Positions 17,384 through 26,857 of a stretch of 38,382 nt of DNA are shown here, in pieces. This stretch comes from Burkholderiales bacterium. Lineage in GTDB: Bacteria > Pseudomonadota > Gammaproteobacteria > Burkholderiales > Burkholderiaceae_C. Under the pieces are notes generated by a model, which made no database searches, was not told the origin of the DNA, and saw only the letters and a list, made by a program, of their open reading frames with translations. The position numbers and the translations under genes were made by a program. The DNA is taken from positions 1 to 38,382 of the forward strand of contig JBBSUX010000001.1 in NCBI GenBank assembly GCA_038234045.1, read 5' to 3'. How positions within the stretch are numbered: the first letter of the stretch is position 1; each line of letters opens with the position of its first letter.

Positions 17384-17526
17384 AGCAGCGCCGCCAAGAA
17401 GCACGGCTGTTCATTTCACGGACTCTCACACCACGCAGCCAAAAATGATCCCCGTCCCCTATCATCGACGCCCTTGCTTGATCACCACAAGCCACAGGTT
17501 TTCGCTTTCCCCATTCCACGCACGCC

Positions 17527-19242
17527 ATGCTGCGCCTGACTGAAATCAAACTCCCGCTCGATCACGACGACGACGCGCTGCAGACAGCGGTAGCTGCCGC
17601 GTTGGGCATCGCCGTGGCCGACATCGGAGAAGTCAAGGTCTTCAAGCGCAGCTTCGACGCCCGCAAGGTGGCATTGCTGCAGGTCTACATCGTCGACGTG
17701 ACACTGTCTGATCCGGCGCTGGAAACCGCACTGCTGGCGCGCCATGCCGATCACCCACACATCGCGGCCGCACCCGACATGACGTGGGTGCCGCCGCCCG
17801 CTGCCAACGCTTCGCCAACGCTCCGGCCGGTCGTGGTCGGCTTCGGCCCCTGCGGCATCTTTGCCGCGCTGGTGCTGGCGCAGCGCGGCTGGCGGCCGAT
17901 TGTGCTGGAGCGCGGCAAAAGCGTGCGGGAGCGCACGCAAGATACCTGGGGCTTGTGGCGTCGTGGCGAACTGCATGCCGAATCGAACGTGCAGTTCGGC
18001 GAGGGCGGCGCTGGCACGTTTTCGGACGGCAAGCTCTGGAGCCAGATCAAGGACCCGCGACACCTCGGCCGCAAGGTGATGGAAGAATTCGTCAAAGCCG
18101 GCGCGCCGCCTGAGATCCTCTACGTGGCCCATCCGCATATCGGCACTTTCAAGCTGGTGAAGGTGGTGGAGCACATGCGTGAGCAGATCATTACGCTAGG
18201 CGGCGAAATCCGCTTTCAGCAGAAGGTGGTCGATATGCAGGTGGAGCGCGACGCTGCTGGTGCGCGCCATGTGCGCGGCCTGACCGTACTGGACCAGGCC
18301 AGTGGTCAGACGAGCGATCTGCGCTGCGACCACGTCGTATTGGCGCTCGGCCATAGCGCGCGCGACAGCTTCCAGATGCTGCATGCTCGCGGCGTGCAGA
18401 TCGACGCCAAACCTTTTTCCATCGGCTTTCGCGTCGAGCATCCGCAGAGCGTCATCGACCGTGCTCGCTGGGGCCGGCATGCGGGCCATCCTCTCTTGGG
18501 TGCGGCCGATTACAAGCTGGTGCACCACGCGCGCAATGGCCGCAGCGTCTACAGCTTTTGCATGTGCCCGGGTGGCACGGTGGTCGCCGCTACGAGCGAG
18601 CCGGGCCGCGTGGTCACCAACGGCATGAGCCAGTATTCCCGCAACGAGCGCAACGCCAATGCCGGCATCGTGGTCGGCATCGATCCGCGCGACTTTCCCG
18701 AAGATTACGGCCAGCTCGAAGATGTGGCTCCAGAAGCACATGGCAAGCCGCATCCGCTGGCCGGCATCGAGCTGCAGCGCCGGCTTGAATCGCATGCCTA
18801 TGTGCTCGGCGGCAGCAACTACCACGCGCCGGGCCAATTGGTGGGCGATTTTGTTGCCGGGCGCGCCTCCACACAGCTCGGCAGCGTCGAACCCAGCTAC
18901 AAGCCGGGCGTGACGCTGGGCGATTTGCACAGCGCCCTGCCCGCCTACGCCATTGAAGCCATGCGCGAAGCGTTCCCGGTCTTCGGGCGCAAGATCGCCG
19001 GCTTCGATGGGCACGACGCAGTGCTGACGGGAGTCGAGACGCGCACCTCTTCGCCGATCCGCATCGGCCGTGGCGCAGACGATTTTCAGAGTCTGAATAC
19101 GCGCGGCCTGTATCCGGCGGGCGAAGGCGCGAGTTATGCGGGCGGCATCCTCTCGGCCGGGGTCGACGGCATCAAGGTGGCCGAGGCGGTGGCGCGCAGC
19201 ATGGCGGTCGCATCCGCAAATTCCGAAGAAAGACATCGATGA
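17527..19242 (+). CDS. FAD-dependent protein of the COG2509 type (uncharacterised NAD(FAD)-utilising dehydrogenase)
   Basis: N-terminal small domain (MLRLTEIKLPLDH...VKVFKRSFDARK), then the Rossmann motif VVVGFGPCGIFAALVLAQRG. Also FCMCPGG and a C-terminal GEGASYAGGILSAGVDG block. Confidence 0.85.
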   Translation: MLRLTEIKLPLDHDDDALQTAVAAALGIAVADIGEVKVFKRSFDARKVALLQVYIVDVTLSDPALETALLARHADHPHIAAAPDMTWVPPPAANASPTLRPVVVGFGPCGIFAALVLAQRGWRPIVLERGKSVRERTQDTWGLWRRGELHAESNVQFGEGGAGTFSDGKLWSQIKDPRHLGRKVMEEFVKAGAPPEILYVAHPHIGTFKLVKVVEHMREQIITLGGEIRFQQKVVDMQVERDAAGARHVRGLTVLDQASGQTSDLRCDHVVLALGHSARDSFQMLHARGVQIDAKPFSIGFRVEHPQSVIDRARWGRHAGHPLLGAADYKLVHHARNGRSVYSFCMCPGGTVVAATSEPGRVVTNGMSQYSRNERNANAGIVVGIDPRDFPEDYGQLEDVAPEAHGKPHPLAGIELQRRLESHAYVLGGSNYHAPGQLVGDFVAGRASTQLGSVEPSYKPGVTLGDLHSALPAYAIEAMREAFPVFGRKIAGFDGHDAVLTGVETRTSSPIRIGRGADDFQSLNTRGLYPAGEGASYAGGILSAGVDGIKVAEAVARSMAVASANSEERHR

Positions 19243-19904
19243 TGACTGCGAAGACAGATTCACCAGCGCCCGGTGTGGCTGCCATGCAAGCCGATATGCA
19301 TGTCTACGAGCCCGCGCAAGGCCACGGGCTGCCGCACGATCCGTTCAACGCTATCGTCGGTCCACGGCCGATCGGCTGGATCTCGTCGCAGGACGCGGCA
19401 GGCCGGCTGAACCTCGCGCCCTACAGCTTTTTCAACGCTTTCAACTACACGCCACCCATCGTCGGCTTTTCCAGTATTGGTCACAAGGACTCGGTCCGCA
19501 ATATCGAGGCGACGGGCGAGTTCGGCTGGAACCTGGCCACCCGCGAGCTGGCCGAACAGATGAATGCATCCTGCGCGGCTGTCGGGCCCGAGGTGGATGA
19601 GTTTGCGCTCGCCGGTCTCACGCCGGTAGCGTCTCGCCGCATCGCCGTGCCGCGCGTGGGTGAGAGCCCTGTCAGCTTCGAGTGCCGGCTGACGCAGTTG
19701 ATTCAGCTGCAGGGCGTCGACGGCGCGAAGGTTGAAACGTGGCTGGTGCTCGGTGAAGTAGTGGCCATCCACATCGCGCGCCATCTGTTGAAAGATGGCG
19801 TCTACGATACGGCTGGAGCGCATCCCATCCTGCGGGGCGGCGGGCCAGCGGATTACTTTCAGGTCATGCCGGAGAATCTCTTTCGCATGTTCCGGCCGAA
19901 GTAG
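19239..19904 (+). CDS. flavin reductase family protein (FMN-binding split barrel)
   Basis: GPRPIGWISS...NLAPYSFFNAF...P.I.GFSS pattern of flavin reductase-like domain proteins. ATGA overlap with the upstream stop. Confidence 0.85.
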   Translation: MMTAKTDSPAPGVAAMQADMHVYEPAQGHGLPHDPFNAIVGPRPIGWISSQDAAGRLNLAPYSFFNAFNYTPPIVGFSSIGHKDSVRNIEATGEFGWNLATRELAEQMNASCAAVGPEVDEFALAGLTPVASRRIAVPRVGESPVSFECRLTQLIQLQGVDGAKVETWLVLGEVVAIHIARHLLKDGVYDTAGAHPILRGGGPADYFQVMPENLFRMFRPK

Positions 19905-19992
19905 CATCGTCCGGCACCATTTTTTGCGGCCCTGACAACCTTCACGGCCTTTCGACCCTTTTTTTCTTTCACGGCTTTGTGCCCTGCTTCTG

Positions 19993-20865
19993 ATGAACGA
20001 CACCGCCGAATCCCCCCTTTCCGCCGATGCGGTAGCGCCCGGCACAGACATCCCTGTTGTCACTGCAGGCCCATCCGATCAGCAAAACGATAAAAGCCAG
20101 GCCGAGGGCCAAGGCAAGGGTCAGCGCCAGGGCAATGGGCCATCCAACCCACAGAAGAAAAAAGCGCCACGCGCCCGCGGCCCGAATCCGGTTCTGGAAA
20201 AGCTCTTCGAGCTCTACCCGCAACTCTTTGGCGCCCGGTTTATGCCGCTCAAACTCGGTGTGTTCCAGGAGCTGATGGCGCGGCATCCCGACGCCTTTGC
20301 CAAAGACGAGCTCAAGGTCGCAATGGGCCTGCACGCGCGCTCCACCCGCTACCTGGAATCCGTGGCGGCAGGCCATCCGCGCCATGACCTGGACGCTCAG
20401 CCAGTTGAGCCGGTTGCGCCAGAGCATGTGCATCACGCCATCATGGAGCTGCACCGCCGCCGCCAGCTGCGCACACCAGACGACCTTTCTGGTGAGTTGC
20501 GCAACCGACTGGCGCGTGCGATCGACGAGAGCGGCCTCAGCCGTGAAGACTATGCGGAGCGCACCCGCACGCAGAACGAAGATCACAACGAGATGCTCGA
20601 AGGCGCGCTGGCGGAGCACGCCGGCTTTGTCGCGCGGCGCGAAGCCCTGTTGCGTGCGTTTGAAGCCAGCGGCAAAACCGAGGCCGAGTTTGCCGACATG
20701 TACGGCATGGACCCGAAGGAAGTGAACCGCACACTCAAGCGCGCCCGCCTGCCTGCGCCGGTAGCAGCCGCTCCCGTCGCGACCGCCGAACCGGAGGCAG
20801 AGGATGCGCCAGAGGCAGCAGCTGCGCCGGCAGAAGACAGCACGCCTTCAGATCCATCGGTCTAA
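19993..20865 (+). CDS. ProQ/FinO-domain RNA-binding protein with long low-complexity tails
   Basis: VLEKLFELYPQLFG...PLKLGVFQELMARHP...LKVAMGLHARSTRYLESV aligns by eye with the E. coli ProQ N-terminal domain. Confidence 0.85.
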   Translation: MNDTAESPLSADAVAPGTDIPVVTAGPSDQQNDKSQAEGQGKGQRQGNGPSNPQKKKAPRARGPNPVLEKLFELYPQLFGARFMPLKLGVFQELMARHPDAFAKDELKVAMGLHARSTRYLESVAAGHPRHDLDAQPVEPVAPEHVHHAIMELHRRRQLRTPDDLSGELRNRLARAIDESGLSREDYAERTRTQNEDHNEMLEGALAEHAGFVARREALLRAFEASGKTEAEFADMYGMDPKEVNRTLKRARLPAPVAAAPVATAEPEAEDAPEAAAAPAEDSTPSDPSV

Positions 20866-20908
20866 CAAAGGGCTTCACGTCGCGCAGGCAGCAAGGCGAC
20901 TCGGAGGG

Positions 20909-20944
20909 CGCCGCGGCCGGGCTGATCGCGCGGCGTTTCTCTTT
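20909..20944 (+). terminator. candidate intrinsic terminator after the ProQ-like gene
   Basis: CGCCGCG ... CGCGGCG 7-bp GC stem (13-nt loop) followed by TTTCTCTTT. Confidence 0.4.
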
Positions 20945-21822
20945 CAGCGACCGCTGCTGGCCTGCAGCGCCGCGATCCGCTCCTCAATCGGCGGATGGGT
21001 CGCGAATAGCTGGCCGATGCCGCCGGTGATACCCATGGCCTGCACGCTCTTGGGCAATACGCCCGGCACCATTCCGCCGAGTCGCGCCAGTGCGGCGACC
21101 ATCGGCTGGGGTCGACCCATCAGCTTGGCCGAACCCGCATCGGCACGAAACTCGCGGTGCCGTGAGAACCAGGCCACGATGATGGCCGCCAGAAAACCCA
21201 GCACGATGTCGAGCACGATGGTGGTGGCGTAGTAGCCGATACCGGGGCCCGATCGATTGTCGTTGTTCCGGTTCAAGAAGCTGTCCACCGCGTAGCCGAT
21301 GACCCGGCTCAGGAACACCACGAACGTGTTCATTACGCCCTGGATCAGCGTCATCGTCACCATGTCGCCATTGGCAATGTGCGCCACTTCATGGCCGATC
21401 ACGGCCTCGATCTCTTCGCGCGTCATGCCCTGCAGCAGGCCGGTAGAAACCGCCACCAGCGCAGAGTTCTTGAAGGCTCCGGTGGCAAAGGCGTTGGCAT
21501 CCCCTTCGAACACGCCGACCTCGGGCATGCCGATCCCGGCTTTGTCGGCAAAGCCCCGTACCGTCAAAACCAGCCAGGCTTCGTCGGCATTGGCCGGCTC
21601 TGAAATGACCCGCACGCCCGAGCTCCACTTGGCCACCGGCTTGCTGATGAGCAGCGAAATGAAAGCGCCCCCAAAACCGAACACCAAGGCGAATCCGAGA
21701 AGTGCCGGCAGATTCAACCCGTTGGCGGTGAGGTAGCGATTGAAGCCCAGCAGGCTGGTGACAATACCCAGCACCACCACGACAGCGAGGTTGGTGAGGA
21801 CGAACAAGGCGATGCGTTTCAT
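20944..21822 (-). CDS. htpX: zinc metalloprotease HtpX
   Basis: [21 protein letters not shown]..., [10 protein letters not shown] (HExxH) and a ...[12 protein letters not shown] tail. Start set at the internal Met with GGAGAA SD. The track ORF extends 89 codons further upstream without support. Confidence 0.95.
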   Translation of the reverse strand: MKRIALFVLTNLAVVVVLGIVTSLLGFNRYLTANGLNLPALLGFALVFGFGGAFISLLISKPVAKWSSGVRVISEPANADEAWLVLTVRGFADKAGIGMPEVGVFEGDANAFATGAFKNSALVAVSTGLLQGMTREEIEAVIGHEVAHIANGDMVTMTLIQGVMNTFVVFLSRVIGYAVDSFLNRNNDNRSGPGIGYYATTIVLDIVLGFLAAIIVAWFSRHREFRADAGSAKLMGRPQPMVAALARLGGMVPGVLPKSVQAMGITGGIGQLFATHPPIEERIAALQASSGR

Positions 21823-21859
21823 GGATTCTCCGTGGGTGGACTGATGCCCATTGCGCGGC

Positions 21860-21888
21860 AGATGGAGGCAGGCGTGCCCCGATTCAAG
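21860..21888 (-). promoter_or_regulatory. sigma-32-type heat-shock promoter candidate for htpX
   Basis: The minus strand reads CTTGAAT-N13-CTCCATCT, against the consensus CTTGAAA-N13/14-CCCCATNT, about 40 nt upstream of the htpX ATG. htpX is a sigma-32 regulon member in E. coli. Confidence 0.5.
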
Positions 21889-21976
21889 CCGTGCCACGTC
21901 GCAGATTCGCTTGTTGTCTGGTTCTGATGCTGCCCTGCGAGGACTGTGCAAGAGAGCGATGATAGAAGCAAAAAGT

Positions 21977-22753
21977 TCATACGACAGGGGCGGTTCGACT
22001 GGGTCGAAAAACCAGCGAATCGTCGTAGAACGCCGGGCTCTCGTTGGCCGGCCACCAACCGGGCACGCCCAGCACCGGCAGAGGCGCAAAGGGCTTCGAC
22101 GCCAGCCGCTCGGCAGTCAGGTGCCGCGCCATCCAGACGTCGGTAGGCAAGAGGTCGGCATCAAACTCGTTCGATAGTTTTTCCATAGCTAAAGGCCTAT
22201 GCAGTACATGCGCCACGATGCTTTTTCTTGGGGAAACAAGTTTCTCCAACAAGGCGTGTCCAAAAAGCTCCAAACGAGCGTAACGCCAAGCGTCGCGATG
22301 CGTGATAAACAACGCAGTCCAGTCGCGCGCCTGCAGGGCGTGCCATAACACCTCAGGCGCAGTGAACACAGCACCGTTTTCATCTAACACGGTGGCGGCA
22401 TCGCGCACGAGGCCGCGCACTCGGCCCACGCCGTCTGCAGCAATTGCCGAGGCCTGTATCCGGTTGAGCTGTGTCTTCGTTTGCGGATAGCGCAGCCACG
22501 CGAGGCCGTTGAAAAAATCGTGCAGGTTGTCGCGAGTGGGGACCTGTCCAGTGTTGGCGATGAAGCGTTCGTATGGCATACCGGGCGGCAGCGTCTCTTG
22601 GCGAACGAAGCGAACCGCAGCGGTCGTTGTCAACGCGTTCAACGCATCGGCTGTATGTGCGCCGCCCAGACTTGTCGACCCCACAACGTGACCGCTTAGG
22701 TGCCACGGGATGAACCAGGGCATGCTCCAGTCGATAAGGGGTGACGCCAGCAA
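21977..22753 (-). CDS. DUF3025 domain-containing protein
   Basis: [11 protein letters not shown]..., [17 protein letters not shown] and [13 protein letters not shown]-type C-terminus. Start is uncertain: TTG 22753, ATG 22723, or the track start 22834, which would overlap pyrC by 59 nt. Confidence 0.7.
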   Translation of the reverse strand: MLASPLIDWSMPWFIPWHLSGHVVGSTSLGGAHTADALNALTTTAAVRFVRQETLPPGMPYERFIANTGQVPTRDNLHDFFNGLAWLRYPQTKTQLNRIQASAIAADGVGRVRGLVRDAATVLDENGAVFTAPEVLWHALQARDWTALFITHRDAWRYARLELFGHALLEKLVSPRKSIVAHVLHRPLAMEKLSNEFDADLLPTDVWMARHLTAERLASKPFAPLPVLGVPGWWPANESPAFYDDSLVFRPSRTAPVV

Positions 22754-22775
22754 GCAGAGAACCGTCAGCGTTTGA

Positions 22776-23822
22776 CTATGCCAGCTTCCAGGCCAGCGTA
22801 TCGCCACCGCGCAATGGCTTAAGCGCAGCGTCACCGAACGGGACCGATTCGGGCACTGTCCAGGTCTCGCGACGGAGAGTTACTGTCTCGGTGTTGCGTG
22901 GCAGGCCGTAGAAATCGGGGCCGTAAAGGCTGGCAAAGCCTTCGAGCTTGTCGAGGGCCTGCGCAGCGTCGAAGGCCTCGGCGTACAGCTCGAGCGCGGT
23001 CAGTGCGCTGTAGCAGCCGGCACAGCCGCTGGCATGCTCTTTCAGATGGGCGGCGTGCGGTGCGCTGTCGGTACCCAAAAAGAATTTGGGGCTGCCGCTG
23101 GTAGCAGCCTCTACCAGCGCTTGACGGTGGAGCTCGCGCTTCAGAATCGGCAGACAGTAGAAGTGCGGACGGATGCCACCGGTGAATAGCGCGTTGCGGT
23201 TATATAGCAAATGCTGCGGCGTGATCGTGGCGGCCACAAAACGGTCTGCGCTGCGCACATAGTCGGCTCCCTCTTTGGTGGTGAGGTGCTCGAAGACGAT
23301 TTTGAGTTCAGGGAAATCCCGTCGCAGCGGGATCAGGACTCGGTCGATGAACACCGCCTCGCGATCAAAAACATCAACGGTTTGATCTGCCACCTCGCCG
23401 TGAATCAGCAGCAGCAATCCTTGCCGCTGCATCGCCTCAAGCGCGGGATAGGTAAGCCGAATATCCGTCACGCCCGCGTCGCTGTTGGTGGTTGCGCCAG
23501 CCGGATAGAGCTTGACCGCTACGACCCCCGCTGCTTTCGCGCGTTCGATCTCGGCCGGGGCGAGGCGGTCGGTCAGGTAGAGCGACATCAACGGCTCGAA
23601 GGAATATCCGGATGGCACTGCATCGACAATTCGCTGGCGGTAGGCCATCGCCTGTTCAGCCGTCGTAATGGGCGGGCGCAAATTGGGCATGATCAGCGCG
23701 CGCCCCATTTGACGGGCAGACGCCGGGACCACCGCGCGCAACGCGTCCCCGTCGCGGACATGCAAATGCCAGTCGTCCGGGCGGATCAAGGTGAGGGAAT
23801 CAATTGGGCTAGACATAGACAT
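22776..23822 (-). CDS. pyrC: dihydroorotase, homodimeric (class II) type
   Basis: [43 protein letters not shown]: the E. coli PyrC-type metal and carbamyl-Lys motifs. Confidence 0.95.
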   Translation of the reverse strand: MSMSSPIDSLTLIRPDDWHLHVRDGDALRAVVPASARQMGRALIMPNLRPPITTAEQAMAYRQRIVDAVPSGYSFEPLMSLYLTDRLAPAEIERAKAAGVVAVKLYPAGATTNSDAGVTDIRLTYPALEAMQRQGLLLLIHGEVADQTVDVFDREAVFIDRVLIPLRRDFPELKIVFEHLTTKEGADYVRSADRFVAATITPQHLLYNRNALFTGGIRPHFYCLPILKRELHRQALVEAATSGSPKFFLGTDSAPHAAHLKEHASGCAGCYSALTALELYAEAFDAAQALDKLEGFASLYGPDFYGLPRNTETVTLRRETWTVPESVPFGDAALKPLRGGDTLAWKLA

Positions 23823-24060
23823 GCGTTCGAATGAACCAACGATCGATCGGCCGGGTGGGACGCTCGGTGCAGCAGCGCCGGCTCAGGCAAGCACGACCTG
23901 ACGGAGCCGCAGAGCGAACGTAGAGGGCGTTCATGACCGCTCCGGGGAGCGCAACTGGCGGGATCGATCGTCTCGGGATGATCGGCACCCCCTGCTGACT
24001 GAGGCCAGGCACCACCGCGCCGCATCTGCTCTGTGGAGCGAGCGAAACGACGGTTTCCCT

Positions 24061-24810
24061 TCAGTGCTGCAGGATCTTGTCGAGAAAATCCTTGGTACGC
24101 GGCTGCCGCGCTTCAGGATGGTTGAAGAAATCCTCCTTCGAGCAATCTTCAAGGATACGGCCGCCCACGTCGATGAAGATCACGCGATTGGCTACCTTGC
24201 GGGCAAACCCCATTTCATGGGTGACGACCATCATTGTCATGCCTTCCTTCGCAAGACCGACCATCACGTCCAGCACTTCGCCCACCATTTCAGGATCAAG
24301 CGCCGAGGTGGGTTCATCAAAAAGCATGACCACAGGGTCCATCGACAAGGCGCGGGCAATGGCTACGCGCTGCTGCTGGCCGCCAGAGAGCTGACCGGGG
24401 AATTTGTCCTTGTGCGCCATAAGACCGACACGGTCGAGCATTTTCAGTCCGCGCTGGAGCGCTTCGTCCTTGCTGCGACCGAGCACCTTGATCTGGGCAA
24501 TGGTGAGGTTCTCGGTCACGGAGAGATGGGGGAACAACTCGAAGTGCTGGAAGACCATACCGACACGCGAACGCAATTTCGGCAGATTGGTTTTTGGATC
24601 GTGCAGCGGCGTGCCGTCGACGGTGATTTCACCTTTCTGGAACGGCTCCAGCGCATTGACCGTCTTGATCAGGGTGGACTTGCCCGAACCAGAGGGCCCG
24701 CACACCACCACCACATCGCCCTTGTTGATGGCCACGGAGCAGTCGTTCAGAACCTGCACCGAGCCGTACCACTTCGAGACGTTCTTGATTTCGATCATTT
24801 GTTCAGACAT
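24061..24810 (-). CDS. gltL: polar amino acid (glutamate/aspartate-type) ABC transporter ATP-binding protein
   Basis: Walker [38 protein letters not shown]. High collinearity with GltL/GlnQ. Confidence 0.85.
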   Translation of the reverse strand: MSEQMIEIKNVSKWYGSVQVLNDCSVAINKGDVVVVCGPSGSGKSTLIKTVNALEPFQKGEITVDGTPLHDPKTNLPKLRSRVGMVFQHFELFPHLSVTENLTIAQIKVLGRSKDEALQRGLKMLDRVGLMAHKDKFPGQLSGGQQQRVAIARALSMDPVVMLFDEPTSALDPEMVGEVLDVMVGLAKEGMTMMVVTHEMGFARKVANRVIFIDVGGRILEDCSKEDFFNHPEARQPRTKDFLDKILQH

Positions 24811-24831
24811 TTTTTCTTCCTTCTCGGGCGA

Positions 24832-25524
24832 TCAGCGAATGATGGCGATCTTGCGATGCAGACGCTTGACCATCAGGGACAGCGAATAGCAGATGACGAA
24901 GTAGACGACGGCCGCCAGCAAATAGGATTCGATCGGACGGTTGAAATTTTTCCCGGCGGTGTCGAAACCCTTGAGCAGGTCGTAGGCGCCGATGGCGTAA
25001 ACCAGCGAAGTATCCTGGAACAGGATGATCGTCTGCGTCAGCAGCACTGGAAGCATGTTGCGAAACGCTTGCGGCAAGATGACGATGCGCATGTTCTGGC
25101 CATACGTCATTCCCACCGCTTGCCCCGCGTGGACCTGTCCCCGTGCGATCGACTGAATTCCAGCGCGCATGATCTCGCTGAAATATGCCGCCTCGAACGC
25201 GACAAAGGTAATCACGGCAGAAATTTCAGAACGGTAGTTCCGGCCTAATTCGTACGGAATGGCGTTGTAGAAGGCCGCCGGCACAAGAAGAAAGAACCAC
25301 AGGATCACCATCACCAGCGGAATACTGCGCATGCCATTCACATAGATCGTGGCTGGCACCGTCAGGATCTTCACGCCCGATAGCCGCAACAGGGCAAGCA
25401 GTGTTCCAAAGACGACACCACCCACGGTCGCGATGGCGGTCAGCATGAGGCTGAACCAGAACCCCTTGAGAATAAATTCCCGGATCAGGGTCCAGCTGTA
25501 AAAGGAAAAGTCGAGATGGGACAT
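24832..25524 (-). CDS. gltK: amino acid ABC transporter permease
   Basis: HisM/GltK-type permease with the EAA-like loop (FEAAYFSEIMRAGIQSI). The stop is adjacent to gltL. Confidence 0.8.
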   Translation of the reverse strand: MSHLDFSFYSWTLIREFILKGFWFSLMLTAIATVGGVVFGTLLALLRLSGVKILTVPATIYVNGMRSIPLVMVILWFFLLVPAAFYNAIPYELGRNYRSEISAVITFVAFEAAYFSEIMRAGIQSIARGQVHAGQAVGMTYGQNMRIVILPQAFRNMLPVLLTQTIILFQDTSLVYAIGAYDLLKGFDTAGKNFNRPIESYLLAAVVYFVICYSLSLMVKRLHRKIAIIR

Positions 25525-26249
25525 CAGTGACCTCCGCCGCCGCCTTGAACCACAAAGCCCGGTATGCGCACCTTGCGCTCGATGACTGCCATGATCCGAT
25601 TGATACTGAGGGCTGACACGACGTAAAGCGCGGTCACGGCGAGATAGACCTCGATCCCGCGCGACGTCTCTTCCTGCACCTGCATGGCATACATCGTCAG
25701 CTCAGTGACCGACACAGCGAATGCCACCGAGGAATTCTTGAAGATATTCATTGCCTCACTCGTCAGCGGCGGAACGATGATCCGGAAAGCCAGCGGCACC
25801 AACACGTACCGGTAGTACTGGAGCGTGGTGAAGCCCACCGCCATGCCGGCGTAACGCTGACCACGCGGCAAGGCCTGGATCCCCGATCTAACCTGCTCGG
25901 CAATCCGCGCCGAAGTGAAGAAGCCGAGTGCGAAAACGACGAGGATGAAGCCCGGCACCTTCTGTAGCGCCGGAACGAACGTCGGGATTACGAAGTACCA
26001 GAGAAAGATCTGCACCAACAACGGGATATTGCGGAACAGCTCCACCCAGACATTACCGAATCGCACCCAAAAGGGGCTGTCGGGAAGGGTTCTGAGCATG
26101 CCGATGGTGAAACCGAAAACCAGCGCTATGAGCAGCGAGAGCAGCGACACCGAAACCGTCCAGCCCCAGGCATGCATCATCCACTGTAGATAAGTGGGGT
26201 ACTTGCCACCTGGATCGTCCAGGAAAAATTGCCAGTGCATCGAACTCAT
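25524..26249 (-). CDS. gltJ: amino acid ABC transporter permease
   Basis: LFRNIPLLVQIFLWYFVIP, ARIAEQVRSGIQALPRGQ and YRYVLVPLAFRIIVPPLTSE track E. coli GltJ. Start set at ATG 26249, which has GAGGAGG 7 nt upstream. Confidence 0.8.
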   Translation of the reverse strand: MSSMHWQFFLDDPGGKYPTYLQWMMHAWGWTVSVSLLSLLIALVFGFTIGMLRTLPDSPFWVRFGNVWVELFRNIPLLVQIFLWYFVIPTFVPALQKVPGFILVVFALGFFTSARIAEQVRSGIQALPRGQRYAGMAVGFTTLQYYRYVLVPLAFRIIVPPLTSEAMNIFKNSSVAFAVSVTELTMYAMQVQEETSRGIEVYLAVTALYVVSALSINRIMAVIERKVRIPGFVVQGGGGGH

Positions 26250-26857
26250 GCAATTGCCTCCTCGGCGCAAGGTGAGAGTGGAAATCCATCATTCATAGGG
26301 AACTGGACCAAGGACAGGGAAGAAGCGAGCCCCGGTCAATCGCAAGCGCATGTAGGTAGCGCGCAGGCACACCAGATGCGAGGGCAATCGCGGATTTGGA
26401 GCAAGAGGATTCAATGATTGCGCGCCTTTTTCAGCAAGGGGACAGCGTGATCGCACTGTGCGAAATTCTAGGCAATCGGGCTTGGGGGATAACCCTCTAC
26501 CCATACCGCCCGGCATCCCAAACCTTTCGCCTTTCGTGCCCGATCGCAAATTGCAATCCGAGCAAGGGGCGGATCATCTCCAGCAAGCACCATGCCCGGA
26601 TAAGGATGGTTGAGTCGATTGCCGATCCCGGGACGATGGCCCGATCCGGCAGACAACCCATTTACCTGCAAGCGCGTGGCGAATGTAAGCTGTGGTGACC
26701 AAAGTCGCCAATGCCCATTTGATGGGATTTCATGTCGCTTGCGAATACCGGCACAAACCCTGATGGTCAAAAGCTGGCGGAGGTGTGCGATGTCGGACCG
26801 CAGTCGCGAAAGCGGCAGAGCCCCGCCCGGGCGGGTAAGGCGAATGCAAGCGCGGCC

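Noticed and set aside
18196-20619. 355-aa, 267-aa and 216-aa minus-strand ORFs (18196-19263, 19260-20063, 19969-20619)
   Set aside because: Antisense to the FAD protein, flavin reductase and ProQ genes, which all carry clear family motifs. No motifs in the antisense products.
21823-22089. Upstream extension of the htpX ORF to 22089. Similar N-terminal extensions for creA (to 1468), the TesB-like gene (to 32362) and the MFS gene (from 32124).
   Set aside because: The extensions add non-homologous, low-complexity residues ahead of a Met that gives a proper N-terminus (signal peptide or conserved start) with an SD. The longest ORF is not the gene.
24064-25248. 394-aa + strand ORF
   Set aside because: Antisense to gltL/gltK, which have Walker and ABC signature motifs. 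The product is His/Asp/Arg-rich with no fold signature.
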